64,000 nt of DNA from Octopus vulgaris (GCA_951406725.2 OX597818.1:57970001-58034000), one strand, 5' to 3'. Positions 11,963 to 25,140 are shown, counted from the first letter of the stretch. Notes: generated from the letters alone by a model not told the origin. A program made the numbers and translations.

Positions 11963-12376
11963 CTAGTTATTTTGAGCCGTGCTTCGCTCGGGTTTTGCTT
12001 GTTGTGTTGTTTTGTGCAAATCTAAAAATAGGACAAAAATGTACTCTTTTTAAAAGTTGAAAGATTTTAACCCCCTTTCCAAAATCCCCCAAATTTTTAC
12101 ACCCACAATTAAAGAAAACCTCTAGCCCCTGTAGCAACATGTAAAGCCACCATTATTCAAACAGCGCAACCTGTCTGTCGCATAAAACTCAATTTTTCCT
12201 ATATTCCTCACCATGGCAACCAAACGGAAGCCCCGAGCGACTTGCAACCCCCTCTCACACCATTTCCCACCCCATTTTACTCCCCAGTGTAAATTTTGTC
12301 GCCAATCCGACCCCATCCCAAAATGAGACAAATAACCAAGAAATCAAACAACTTTTTCGCATTTTAGCATTATAGA
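11963..12376 (-). mobile_element. Non-autonomous Helitron, second family
   Basis: Minus strand A|TCTATAATG...ccgagcgaagcacgg hairpin...AACTAG|T. Confidence 0.7.
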
Positions 12377-12962
12377 TATTGAATTAAAAATAGAAGAATA
12401 GCACAATTATATATGCTTTGTATACAAGTTTCAGGTGGAAGTCCACTTACCGAAAATTTCCCATCGCACCAAGAACACTAGGAAAGATACGATAAGTATA
12501 ATAACAACTTCGTGCAGTCCTTAATACATTTGATAGCATTGTCAGTTTTAATAAAACTACTCTGGGTAAAATAAAACGAGGCGGAAGTAACACTCTATCC
12601 AGTGAGGAATTTATAATTACCAATAGTTACTAAGGAGCGAACAGTACACTTGTGGAACCCTAAATACGGTAAGGAGGATCAAGCATAGAGAATAATTAAT
12701 TATAGCATTTCTCTGTCTGACTGTCTCCCTTTGTCTCTCAAGTACCCATGCAAAGTACTCCTTCAGAAATATGTTTTGCGGAGACGTAAACTTCCAGTAC
12801 ATTAAAAGACCAGATATGAATAATGATTTATTGAATAATGATTTATTAAACCAGTTACGATTAAACGTAAAACGTGTAGCTATGTTGTCTTCTGCAATAT
12901 TTATTGTATATAAATATAAAGTATATTGTATATAAATATGAAGTATATTGTATATAAAATAT

Positions 12963-13390
12963 AGGCGCAGGAGTGGCTGTGTGGTAAGTAGCTTGATAAC
13001 CAACCACATGGTTCCAGGTTCAGTCCCACTGCGTGGCATCTTGGGCAAGTGTCTTCTGCTATAGCCCCGGGCCGACCAATGCCTTGTGAGTGGATTTGGT
13101 AGGCGGAAACTGAAAGAAGCCTGTCGTATATATGTATATATATATATGTGTGTGTGTGTGTATTTGTGTGTCTGTGTTTGTCCCGCTAGCATTGCTTGAC
13201 AACCGATGCTGGTGTGTTTACGTCCCCGTCACTTAGCGGTTTGTCAAGATAGACAGATAGAATAAGTACTGGGCTTACAAAGAATAAGTCCCGGGGTCGA
13301 TTTGCTCGACTAAAGGCGGTGCTCCAGCATGGCCGCAGTCAAATGACTGAAACAAGTAAAGGAGTAAAAGAGTAAAAGAGTAAAGAGTAA
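12963..13390 (+). mobile_element. Full-length SINE family C with internal (TA)n(TG)n and (GAGTAAAA)n tail
   Basis: tRNA-like head tggctgtgtggtaag...ggttcagtcc, CORE-like ttgggcaagtgtctt, 3' stem-loop cagtc-aaat-gactg. Confidence 0.9.
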
Positions 13391-14028
13391 TTAAATGGGG
13401 TCTGAGGAATGCATTGTCGCTACAATTAAAGCTTCTTCTTTGAATTTCTCAATGGTTTGTGTTTTTGTTGCAAAAATACAAGGTCGAGTTGCTTAATTGT
13501 TAGATAATCCCGTGTAATAACGAGAAAATTGTTATAATGAAACCCATGTTGATATAATCGCTGTAAGATTCGCATAAAAACATACGTGAGAAGTGAGAAC
13601 ATGCTAATTATACAGCCAATAGGCAAGGGAAATTTTATTTTCTATTACATCATTGCTCAGGAAATATAATGAGGATATAATTAATTGCAGTTACACAAAC
13701 CTCAGGCAATTTGAAGTTCTAAGGAAGTAGGAGAGTTTATATAATCATCTCTATTCCAGTTGAGATGTCAGGTTCATATTTAATAATTGGGTCTTAGAAA
13801 TTGTATATTATTGCGTAATATTTCTACCCATTTGAAAATCTCGGTTAAGTATATGCATAACGCCATATATGGTTGCATTTCTCTATATTATATTCTGAAA
13901 CTGGGCGTATGTGTATGAATATATAGTATTTAAAATTTATACGTGTACAACTCCTTATGCTGAAGTGAATGCGTTAATGTGTATGTGTTTATATGAGTAT
14001 GTATCCATAGATACAGCTATACATCTTT

Positions 14029-14071
<43 letters not shown>

Positions 14072-14087
14072 TACACATACATACATA

Positions 14088-15395
14088 CAGGGTGTGTAAG
14101 ATATTTGAGGACATTTTTTTATATTTATAAAACACAGATATGTAATAAAAGATAATAACGTTATTGTTATATTTCGGAATGGTCATATTGCCAGTTTAGC
14201 CAATAAAAACACACGCACTATATATTTGGTGTTATTTTGCTTCAGTGTTATTTATTTTTTATATTAATCTTAATCTTATTTCGGCTGACGGTTATTAAGG
14301 AGAGACACAGATAAGAAAGAAGAAAACAAAGGACCACTGATGCGGTCACAGGAGTGTGACGAAAGAACTGTGGCCGAAATAAGATTAAGATTAATGTAAA
14401 AAATAAATAACACTGAAGCAAAATAACACCAAATATATAGTGCGTGTGTTTTTATTGGCTAAACTGGCAATATGACCATTCCGAAATATAACAATATCTG
14501 TTTCAACAGACGACTTCACATAAAAAAATCTTGCACAACAAATATTTAAAGATAATAACGTTATTTATCAAAAAATGCTACGAGGATAAAAAATAAACAT
14601 TCTTTTCTATAATGTTATGCAATAAAGTCACCTTCAGTTTCAACAACTGCTTCTAAATTATCTATATACTCGAATCAAGTGATTTCGGTTCATTTTGTAC
14701 ATTAATCAGAATGTTTGCGGCTTCCAAAGAATCTTTGGTGTTACGGGAGTGTTCATTGATCTCCCTCTCAAAAGTGCTCCACATGTAATAATCCAATGGA
14801 TTGAGATCTGGGGAAATAGGATGCCAAATGTTAGGGGTTGTGTGATCATAAAAATTTTCAGCTATCCATTCCTGTGTTACTAGAGCCATATGTGATAGTG
14901 TGGAGCCTTATTGAACCACATATGATTTTCCATTGCGTGCACTGTCTATCCAAGGATTTATAAGTATTTCCAGAATCTCATTGTAGGCGTCAGAGTTAAC
15001 TCTAAGATCCTTTGAAAAGACGTAAAGAGGCATCACATGTCCTTCATTGCTGACAAAACCTAAAACAACGACGGTTTCAGGAAATTTTGTATGCATAACA
15101 CTTGGAACTTCAGAAGGTTCTGTAGATAACCACCTGTCATTTCTTCTGTTAAGTTTTTGATCTTGGTCGAAATTTCTCTCGTTTGAGAGAAACCAAATCA
15201 AACGTACTGCTGAGTTGTTCAGTTCGTTTAAGAGCCTTTTTCGATCTGATGTAGTGATTTTCTTTTGCTTTTTCTGACAAATTGACCTTTCCTCATCACA
15301 TAAGACTTATCTCTGATGTGTACGTGGGGAACATTTCTGATTGTTCCCCCTGACGCATGGACATCTTTCGCAATTGACTTTATGGACTCTCTAGG
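14088..15395 (-). mobile_element. Decayed Tc1/mariner-superfamily transposon (maT/DD37D-like), interrupted by a PLE-type insert and truncated by a SINE
   Basis: ORF pieces 14908-15201 and 14662-14889 (NRRNDRW, VMHTKFP, WHPISPDLNPLDY); terminus TA-cagggtg at 14086-14094. Confidence 0.8.
14163..14550. mobile_element. Fold-back pLTR-only insert of Penelope family P2
   Basis: Arms 14163-14285 and 14374-14497 are inverted; near-identical to the ends of 21873-23245; flanking duplication aaagataataacgttatt at 14148-14165 and 14548-14565. Confidence 0.85.
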
Positions 15396-15399
15396 ATTG

Positions 15400-15624
15400 G
15401 TGGAGGGGGAGAGCAAACAGACAGACAAAATTATATACAGACACACATATATTGTATATATACGATGGGCTTCTTTCAGTTTCCGTCTACAAATCCACTC
15501 ACAAGGCATTGGTCGGACCGACACTATAGTAGTAGTCACTTGCCTGTATGCCACGCGGTGGGACTGAACCTGGAACCATGTGGTTTGTAAGCAAGCTACT
15601 TACCATACAGACACTGCTGCGCCT

Positions 15625-15625
<1 letters not shown>
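15400..15625 (-). mobile_element. SINE family C, 5' half
   Basis: Reverse complement of the head of 12963-13390. Confidence 0.8.
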
Positions 15626-15665
<40 letters not shown>

Positions 15666-15667
<2 letters not shown>

Positions 15668-16010
15668 AATGAAAGAATGGAGTCGAACGAAGATTTTAAC
15701 AAAATTCCTTTACTCTCACCACATTTTTTCGAAGACTGTATACTCTTAATTCCGAAGGAATAAAGGGTGCATTCGGAATTAAGAGTATGCAGTCTTCGAA
15801 ACATGTGTTGAGAGTAAAGGAATTTTGTTAAAATCTTCGTTCGACTCCATTCTTTCATTTATTCATATACAAAAACCACACAAATTACCACACAAGAACA
15901 CGAGGTTTCTACCCTTGGCATGTAGCTTCAACCGTGTTTTCTGACGTGAATTTGCAACCCAGGTATCGATTAACCGAATTATTAATACTAGGATAATTAA
16001 TTCACCTACT

Positions 16011-16012
<2 letters not shown>
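15666..16012. mobile_element. Family P1 fold-back remnant
   Basis: ~90-bp inverted arms (15666-15755 / 15774-15862) plus unique tail; contains a hammerhead 3' half cttcGAAAcatgtGTT. Confidence 0.75.
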
Positions 16013-16074
<62 letters not shown>

Positions 16075-16969
16075 CATAAATATGTAAACATAAGTAAATA
16101 TAGGGAGAGAAAGAAAGAGCACATTTTATGCATCGTTTGTGTGGCGGTCTGTTTGTGTGGCGGTCTTTGTTTGGTTGTGCGTGTAAAATGAGTTAAATGA
16201 AAATATGGCACAAAAGTTTCTTAATGTGATATGCTGGAAAACTTTCTGAACTTCTTTAATTGTCCAATATTACACGCACACAATATAACGAACCGTGAAT
16301 AATATATCACGACATGACGTAAATAACAAGAAACATTGAGTAAAATATTTCGCTTGCAATTTATATAAATATTAATGCTAAATCTAGATAAAACACACCA
16401 ACTTTAAATGAGTGGTTAAGAACATATACTGACATTCTGTTATGCATGAACGGAGACGGCTGGGATGAAGTCATAGAATGTCATTTGAAATATAACCGTG
16501 CAAATTTTAATGGCAGATCCTTGAGCAAGAGAAGAAGCAGGAATATCATGGTACTACTTTTAATTACATGCAGCTTGTAGCGAACAAATACGTTTTGGCA
16601 TTTACTACGAAACGAAAGTACAAAAGAAACTCCCAGAAAAATGCATTGTTCTTAAATAGGACGCTAGATAATAGTTAGAGAAAATGGCGCCGTAAGAACG
16701 TGTTGTAGGAGAACTTATGATAAGGAGTAAACTTATTTCTAGACATGATATAAAATTGTTTTTTCATAAATGATAATTACACGTTTCTCTATCGTTTGTC
16801 TGCGGACATGCGTGGGCAGCTCCTTGGAAAATTTACTCAAACGAATCGATAGACACACTTTTCAAAGTATGGTGTCCTTCCTTTTGCCGAACCAGTAAAT
16901 TACAGGTCCATATATATATATTCGTATTTAGTCCTCTCTCTCTCTCTATATATATATATTTTTTTTTTA

Positions 16970-17232
16970 AATAGGATAAAATCTTCATAAGAAATTATCA
17001 AGTAGTTAGCGTGAAAAACCTCATAAGAGAAAAAAACCTGTAATTTTTTCCACTTGAATATATTCATTTATATTGTATAGAGGGCATTTTTACACATAAA
17101 TGCCACACGCTAGGAGGGACTCTTAAAGTCAAAACTACCAAAACTACAAACATTTATTTTGGTAGTTTTGACTTTAAGAGTCTCTCCTAGCGTGCGGCAT
17201 TTATGTGTAATAATGCCTTCTATATAATATAT
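16970..17232. mobile_element. Fold-back insert beside (TA)n (probable PLE terminus)
   Basis: Inverted arms ~17069-17145 / 17157-17232; end aggataaaat mirrors attttatcct near 59395. Confidence 0.6.
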
Positions 17233-17888
17233 ATATATATATCGGACAATATACCAACGGCTGAAAAATACGTAAACACATAACGAGAGGCAATCACCGG
17301 ACAAAATAACAAAAGAAGTCTGACTCCTCCTCAGTTGTCAACTGTTTATTAATCCCCATTTCGAGCTTTGAAGTACAAAATCAGAAAACGTGGTAAGACA
17401 GTAGCATCTAGGATTAAAAAAAAAGATATAAGATTTGTGGAGAGTTAGGGCTTTCAAACGAACGAGCAGCAACAGAGTGGCCGTACAGAGGAAAATTTGA
17501 CGAAGTCGAATATTAAGTGCAATGTAATGTGTTACGCCTAGGAGAAATTTTGAAATGATATAGATTAAACAGAAGAGAAGAAAATAGTAGAAGAGAAACA
17601 TGGCGGGAGGCGAGAAAAATGACGTCCAGTGAGGTGAAAGTCGCGTCAAAAGAAGACCGAGGTGACAGAAATGACCTGTGTCACGTGTGAGCAAACAGGC
17701 AGATGGGGAGGAAGACAAGAGAGAAGATGGGGGAAAGAAACAGAGGAAGTGAAGAGAAGGGAGAAGGATGTAAATATAGTAGGGAGTGGAAGAATGTCAG
17801 GGGAGAGCAAAGAACGAGAGGGACAAACGGAAAATAAAGAGGATTATAGAGGGATAAAGAGAAAAAAGAAAGATTGAAGTCGTAGATA

Positions 17889-18297
17889 TCTTTATATCTT
17901 TATATATAAAAGAGAGGTTGTGTGCTGTCTGTCTCCTACGATTTAGATTCCTAACTTCTCCCACATTTTGCTGTGCAGTTTAACCAAAACCGGGTATCTT
18001 ATAGTCGTGATTCATATCGAGCCCTTCTGGGTATTAGCGCGCGTCTACGATGAGTCTACGATTTAAAAAAAAATTACCATCATTTTTTTTCCATTTTAAT
18101 GCATTTTTTCGCTATTATATAAGGGAAGTAACTCTCTAAAAATGTCTAAGATGAGTCAACGATTTAAAAAAAAAATTACCATAATTTTCTTTCCATTTTT
18201 AATGCATTTTTTTGCTATTTTTTGGCTATAACTCTCTAAAAATGCTTATATAGTTATTTCCCTTACAAACCCGAGCAACGCCGGGCGATACTGCTAG
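17889..18297 (+). mobile_element. Non-autonomous Helitron
   Basis: A|TCTTTATA...cccgagcaacgccggg-cgatactgCTAG|T; near-identical to 10108-10499. Confidence 0.85.
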
Positions 18298-18883
18298 TGA
18301 TAAATAAATGGAATAACCGACTGAGCACAACGCTGCGTGGCGTTCTATTATAAATAAATTTAAAAAATACGTATGAAGAACAGGACATTACCAAGAAGCG
18401 TAAATCACGTAAACACACGAGAATTAAATACAGAATAAAATACCCCAAAAGTCTAACTTTCTCAGCTAGAAGCTCCAAGTTAGAATCGCCAAGTGAACTT
18501 AGAAGCGTCAAGTGAACTGATATTTCAAAGAAAAGAAAAGAAATCTCAAACGCCGAATGGCTGCTTTCCCTACTAATCTGCGTTCATATTTTCTTTTATC
18601 TCTGGAGAGCCATCGTACCAATAAGGAGCACAAGCACTAGTTCTGATACATTTCCTTTATCTCTGTTACTTTACATCTACTGACTTATCACCCGATCAAA
18701 CATTTGCGTGCATCAAAGTAATTTCCTCGCCATTAACAATCCCATCAACGACATGACCCCTCTACTCCATCATCGTGGTTCCTAGTTGTAGGTTCTCTGT
18801 GTTTGTGTTTGTATATACATACATACATACATATTCTTTATAAGTCTAGTGTTAATTGTTAACAAGGGAGAACATACACACAT

Positions 18884-18933
18884 CTATATATATATATATA
18901 TATATATATAGATATATATATATATATAGATAG

Positions 18934-18978
<45 letters not shown>

Positions 18979-19074
18979 TTTGTATATATATATAGATATG
19001 TATACATATATGTGTATATGTATATTTATGTATATATATATGTACATATATATGCATATATATATATATATATA

Positions 19075-19113
<39 letters not shown>

Positions 19114-19195
19114 GCATATATATGTGTGTGTATATACATATATATATATATATATATATGCATATAAATGTACATATATATATACATAAATATAC

Positions 19196-19234
<39 letters not shown>

Positions 19235-19265
19235 CATCTATAGCATTCTATATACACATATATAG
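18884..19265. repeat. Compound (TA)n/(CA)n/(TG)n microsatellite
   Basis: Direct reading. Confidence 0.95.
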
Positions 19266-20908
19266 ATTTGCTTGTGTGCGGACGTGTGTAAATGTACATT
19301 CGTGTAAGTGTTCAAGGGGGCATCTATGTGTGTGCGTCTACGAGTGTGTGACTACATGTCCGTATCTACGAGTGTGTGTCTACGTATGATGCCCATACGT
19401 TTGTGCAGGCGAGCATTCCTAACTCTGCAGATTCTATTGCACTAATTCAAGCAAATAAGAGCACAGGTAATTTCCTCCATGTTTCTATTATAGCATGTAA
19501 CTACGCATTCATGCAATACGTGTGTCTATAAATCTATCAAAGAAGCTTCACTCAAATTCCAATGTATGTTAATCAACCTAAAACCCACGCTCCTGCATTT
19601 AAGTTGGTGCTCTAGCATGGCCACAGTCAAATCACTGAAATAGGTAAAAGAATAAAAGAATAAATATCTATTTATTTATATATCTATAATATTATATTTC
19701 GTTCAGTCACCGTTTTCTGGAAGGTGGTTGTGACAGTCTAACGAGCAGACGACAGTACCAGGTTGACGTTGTGTTTTTTGATACAGATAAGCATATTCCT
19801 GGTCTTGTGTATTTATATGTAATCTTATATAACTTGTATTTTCATACCTTCTAGTAGCTGCCGGTGATGGTATTGTCGGTATATCTTAAGGATGTTTCTT
19901 TTTCTTTCATTATCTGATTGCTCATATTTGTTTGATAGTGCCATCTCCCATATATGTCGTAAAGAAGCAAAGAAGCTTCTTATAGATTTATCAACATTTT
20001 CTTTACAACTCTGTTTTTAAACAAGCTGCCATGTTTATCTTTAGTATGCTGATAGCAGAGCTTCTTTGGTTTCCTTCCAAAGTCCCTCCATTTTTTCCGC
20101 TAAACTCTAATATATGCTGTTGTCCAAATCCAAAATCCCCCCACCATAATTGATAATTGAAACATTACGTGTCTCGTTTGTCAAAACATTCACACACACA
20201 CACACACACCCACACACCCACACACACACACATGCACGGTCACACATGCAGGTTCACACATTCTCTCCTTCACTCTCTCTTCCTACTTCTCACTCACATT
20301 CCTATGAGATATAAATATATAACCTGTAAAGAAGGAAACAAACAAACCTGAAGGAGAAATAGATCAGCGAGTGTGTGTCATTGACGAAACTGTCAATAAA
20401 GACTTAAAGGACATTGGGAAATCTAGCTTTCTGATTGACTGCCCGCAAAATAAATCAAACATCGATAATTTCATTGGTTAAATATAAAACCAACTCACAA
20501 ATAAAATAGTCAAATAGATTAAGTGCATATATCTGTTGTACGAATAACCCACCCCTACTTGTTACAACAGAATATATACACACACATAACACACTAATTT
20601 TCCCCGATTCCTCATTATGTATACAGACACACACTCGTATTAATATACATAAACACACACATACACAATATATATTTATCGATATATAAACATACCTATA
20701 TAAACATGAATTCCCACACAATAAAACTTACACAAACATGTTCATGTGTGTGATTATTTACTGACAGTCATTCGATCCCAAAAAGCCGCTTTTATAGTTT
20801 CTTAAGTTCTTAACGATCAATCTACAGATATTAGGTATTTTCGATGCACGTCAGCTCCCTTTCTCTAAGAATGGGTCAAGGTATACATACATATATACAT
20901 ACATACAT

Positions 20909-20989
<81 letters not shown>

Positions 20990-20990
<1 letters not shown>

Positions 20991-21310
20991 AGTTAAAATG
21001 TCCTATTGACGAGTTTCATTTCATCACTTCCACGAAGAGAAGATTACATTGTTTTACACCATTTTATTCCTTTGGAATTAAACCAGTCATATCTTTGAAA
21101 CATGAGTCGGAAGTAAAAGAATTCCAATAACACCTACGTTTAACTTCATTTATTTATTTACATATACTATACAAAATATTTCACGTAAACCCGAATTTTC
21201 TACCTTTGAAGACAAGGAGTTATAGCCTTTTTACTTGTGTGATTTTTTTGCTACCCAGGTAACTCTTTATCTATTTTTTCCGTGTTAATTGTTAACAAGG
21301 GAGAAAATAC
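20990..21310 (+). mobile_element. Diverged family P1 remnant with degenerate hammerhead (21026-21114)
   Basis: acuucc-ACGAAGA-gaagau...aucuuu-GAAA-caugaGUC-ggaagu; downstream ttgctacccagg as in other P1 copies. Confidence 0.6.
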
Positions 21311-21316
21311 ACATCA

Positions 21317-21371
<55 letters not shown>

Positions 21372-21828
21372 CATATATATTCTTTTATTTGTTCCACTCA
21401 TGTGACTGCGGCCATGCTGGAACACCGCATTTCGTCGAACAAATCGCCCCCAGGAACCCAGGACTTATCTATATATATATATATACTAGCTCTGATCAGT
21501 AAGTATCCGGACTTTTTCCATAGTAATGAAGCTAACGAAATAGATTTTTTATAATTTTAACGAGGGAGAATCGAAACATTTGTAAATAATTTGTATTTAA
21601 TATTTATTATTTATTATATCATATTATATTATTATTATAAAAAATATAATACAGTATATGAATAAATTAAAATTTTTTTATACATTACATATATACCGAT
21701 CTGATTTTAAGGCGTTTTTATACAAAATTGGGTGGAGTCAATGAAAGATTCGATATTTTCATAACTATTTTCCTTGTATGGGATTTAATTTATATATTAT
21801 ATTTACACACACACATACTTACACGCTC

Positions 21829-21878
<50 letters not shown>

Positions 21879-22514
21879 ATATTTCGGAATGGTCATATTG
21901 CCAGTTTAGCCAATAAAAACACACGCACTATATATTTGGTGTTATTTTGCTTAAGTGATATTTATTTTTTACATTAATCTTAATCTTATTTCGGCCAAAG
22001 TTCTTTCGTCACACTCCTGTGACCGCATCAGTGGTCCTTTGTTTTCTTCTCACTTACTTGTGTCTCTCCTTACTAACCGTCAGCCATTTTGTATTTCTAT
22101 TGTATGTCTTCATTTGCGCATGCTTATATCTCTATGTGCGTCTATGTTTATTTAGTGTGTGTGTGGGGGGGATGCCTGTAATATTTGTATCTTCTGGTTA
22201 TATACATTCTTGTAATTTGTATTTTGTTTTTGTTGTTGTTGCTTTTGTTCTAATTTTGTTCATGTGTTTACATCCACCCATTATTATCATTACATATGCT
22301 TGTATGTATGTATAACAACAATATTAGTAATAATAATAATAAATCTAATCGAAAAAAAAAAAAAAGAATATACATATACATATATATATATACATACATA
22401 TACATATACATATACATATATATGCATATATACACACATATATACACATATAGATATTCATTTCTATTTCTTTAATTACCTGTGTATTTATTATGTTTGC
22501 AGGATCCACTATTG

Positions 22515-22910
22515 TCATATGTTGTGGTGTGCGCTATTGCTCCATTCTAGTTTTCTATTCAGGCTAGGTTTATTTTCTATTATATGTGTAGCTTCTGTAA
22601 TTTGTCTAATTGTTGCATCTGTTCTATGTGTGGACAATATCTTAATCTCTATGTTATTGATTGATCCCCCGTGTTCTTGTTCGGCGTGTTGGTACAGAAT
22701 CGATGAGCTTTTACCTTCTTTGAGTTGTCTCCAATGTTCATTCACCCGCTCACCAATGCTTCTTGCAGTTTCCCCTACGTATGTTACTGTCTTGTTACTG
22801 CATCGTCCCTCTATACATCTTATACTATAGACCACATTTCTGGCTTTACAGTTCGTTTGTGGGCTAAATCTACATACAGTGCAATAGTTATCCGTACAGA
22901 GAGTTCTACT
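22515..22910 (-). pseudogene. C-terminal GIY-YIG endonuclease domain of a PLE ORF (truncated)
   Basis: CTVC...NCKARNVVYSIRC...TYVGETARSIGERVNEH...LYQHAEQEH...EATHIIENKPSLN; frame open to the stop codon. Confidence 0.9.
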
Positions 22911-23026
22911 AAATAAACATAGACGCACATAGAGATATAAGCATGCGCAAATGAAGACATACAATAGAAATACAAAATGGCTGACGGTTAGTAAGGAGAG
23001 ACACAAGTAAGTGAGAAGAAAACAAA

Positions 23027-23071
23027 GGACCACTGATGCGGTCACAGGAGTGTGACGAAAGAACTTTGTCC
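23027..23071 (+). ncRNA. Hammerhead-like motif with variant core (also at 21993-22037 minus and 14331-14375 plus)
   Basis: ggacca-CUGAUGCG-GUCACA-ggag-UGUGAC-GAAA-gaacuu-uguc. Confidence 0.55.
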
Positions 23072-23246
23072 GAAATAAGATTAAGATTAATGTAAAAAAT
23101 AAATATCACTGAAGCAAAATAACACCAAATATATAGTGCGTGTGTTTTTATTGGCTAAACTGGCAATATGACCATTCCGAAATATAACAATATCTGTTTC
23201 AACACACGACTTCACATAAAAAATCTTGCACAACAAATATTTAAAC

Positions 23247-23312
<66 letters not shown>

Positions 23313-23316
<4 letters not shown>

Positions 23317-23515
23317 TTTATTTAAAGCAGCAGAAAATTCAACAAAACCTGTTACTCTGAGTTTCCCGTTGCCGTTTGTCCAACGAACGGCAACGGGAAA
23401 CTCAGAGTAACAGGTTTTGTTGAATTTTCTGCTGCTTAAAATAAAGCATATTACTCTACCAGTGGTATTTGAGTACTCTTTTTTCCACCTTGTTTCACAT
23501 TTATATGTTTACTCC

Positions 23516-23518
<3 letters not shown>
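23313..23518. mobile_element. Fold-back insert between (TA)n tracts
   Basis: ~60-bp inverted arms 23315-23376 / 23385-23447 plus tail; contains GAAACUCAGAGUA, a hammerhead 3' half. Confidence 0.65.
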
Positions 23519-23570
<52 letters not shown>

Positions 23571-23802
23571 TCAAAATAAGAAACACGGATATCCAAAGGT
23601 AATGTAGTACGATCGTTTCATGGATAATACCATACCAAATTCTGGTGCCTTTAACTTAAGTACCATATTCAACTGAACCTAAATTTTTACTGAACTTATA
23701 TATATATATATGTACGTATGTATGTATATGTCATAAAAATCTATAAACACACTTTGTTAAAAGAACTAAGAATACGTTATATAATTTAATACTAATCTCT
23801 GA

Positions 23803-24137
23803 AGGCGCGTGGCTCAGTGGTTAGAGCGTCGAGCTTACGATCGTGAGGTTGTGAGCTCGAATCCCGGACCGGGCTGCGTGTTGTGTTCTTGAGCAAGACA
23901 CTTTATTTCACGTTGCTTCAGTTCACTCAGCTGTAGAAGTGAGTTGCGACGTCACAGGTGCCAAGCCGTATCGGCCCCTTTGCCTTTCCCTTGGACAACA
24001 TCGGTGACGTGGAGAGGGGAGACCGGTATGCATGGGCGACTGCTGGTCTTCCATAAAACAACCTTGCCCAGCCTTGTGCCTCAGAGGGTAACTCTCTAGG
24101 TGCAAACCCATGGTCAGTGTCTCACCAAAGGGGGTCA
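23803..24137 (+). mobile_element. SINE family D (tRNA head plus CORE-like domain)
   Basis: tggctcagtggttagagc...ctcgaatccc; ttgagcaagacacttt; short TSD aatctctg. Confidence 0.85.
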
Positions 24138-24546
24138 AAAAAAATCTCTGCATGACTTCTTTGAAAATAGTATGATGAAAGCCATATACAGAGAATGTTT
24201 TCTCGTAATTTCACTGATATATGTTCTCACTGATCTTCCATATTTTGCTATATTTTAAAATAGCATTAGTTGTTGAGTTCACAATTGTCTTTAGCTTATT
24301 AGCATTACACTTTCTCTTTTATCATTTTTAAGTAATTGTATTAAATACGTGGCTGTTCTGAAAGCAATTACACATTCTTAAAGAAGGGGAAAATGCCATT
24401 TAATTTAAGTAAAAATTATTGCACATTAATATAATCACCATAATTATCAGATATTGTGAAAGCTGGCGTGGTGGCAAAATGGATACAATCTTGGCAAATG
24501 TCTTTACCTAATTAGCACTTATTGTTCTGAGTTCAAGCACCGTGGG

Positions 24547-24594
<48 letters not shown>

Positions 24595-24879
24595 GCAAGA
24601 CAAAGCTAAGGTTTAGCACATCTTTAATGCCCCCTTACTATCATTTCGGTGTTAATCACTTTTAACGCGGTTGCGCGCAAATATTCGTGTGAGAAGTTAC
24701 GTAATAGTTTGGAAGAAATGAAGAAAAGCTGGTTTGGAAAAGGTAAATGAGGAAGTGATGTGATATAATAGTGCACAAAATCGTGTTAAATAGAACGGTT
24801 CATGTACCGAGAAGAGCATTATCGCTGTGAAAACAACATCCATTCATGAATTTATTTATTCATTAATTTCTAAAATACA

Positions 24880-24992
24880 TATTTTACCTGTGAATTTGTG
24901 TGTGTAATCTGGGAATGCATACAATGAGCTTCTCTGCCCCAGGTGTACGGAAAACGCGCGGCGAGAAACGGAAGAAAATTTGAAGAAAGAAG

Positions 24993-25058
<66 letters not shown>

Positions 25059-25063
25059 TAATG

Positions 25064-25140
<77 letters not shown>

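Larger units (their letters stand above)
21873..23245 (-). mobile_element. 5'-truncated Penelope-like element (family P2) with inverted 5' pLTR
   Basis: ~280-bp inverted repeats 21873-22153 / 22911-23192, extra tail to 23245, internal GIY-YIG fragment, (TA)n on both sides. Confidence 0.9.

Noticed and set aside
18859-19389. Many 60-190 aa ORFs rich in YI/HT/CV/MY repeats (also at 11010-11467, 27238-27931, 30047-30498, 33320-33761, 47203-47523, 49448-49669)
   Set aside because: Translations of (TA)n, (CA)n, (ACAT)n and (AAT)n microsatellites; not genes
20345-20400. ctgaagga...gacGAAACTGTC aataaa hammerhead-like string (a similar weak string lies at ~50836-50910)
   Set aside because: Stems I and II cannot be closed around the core
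22911-23045. Hydrophobic signal-peptide-like N-terminus fused to the GIY-YIG ORF
   Set aside because: It is the antisense reading of the inverted pLTR, fused by the truncation junction, with a GTG start; no evidence of a real secreted nuclease
23803-23870. tRNA gene candidates at SINE heads (also 41985-42056, 12963-13035)
   Set aside because: No complete cloverleaf or acceptor stem; each continues into a multi-copy SINE body
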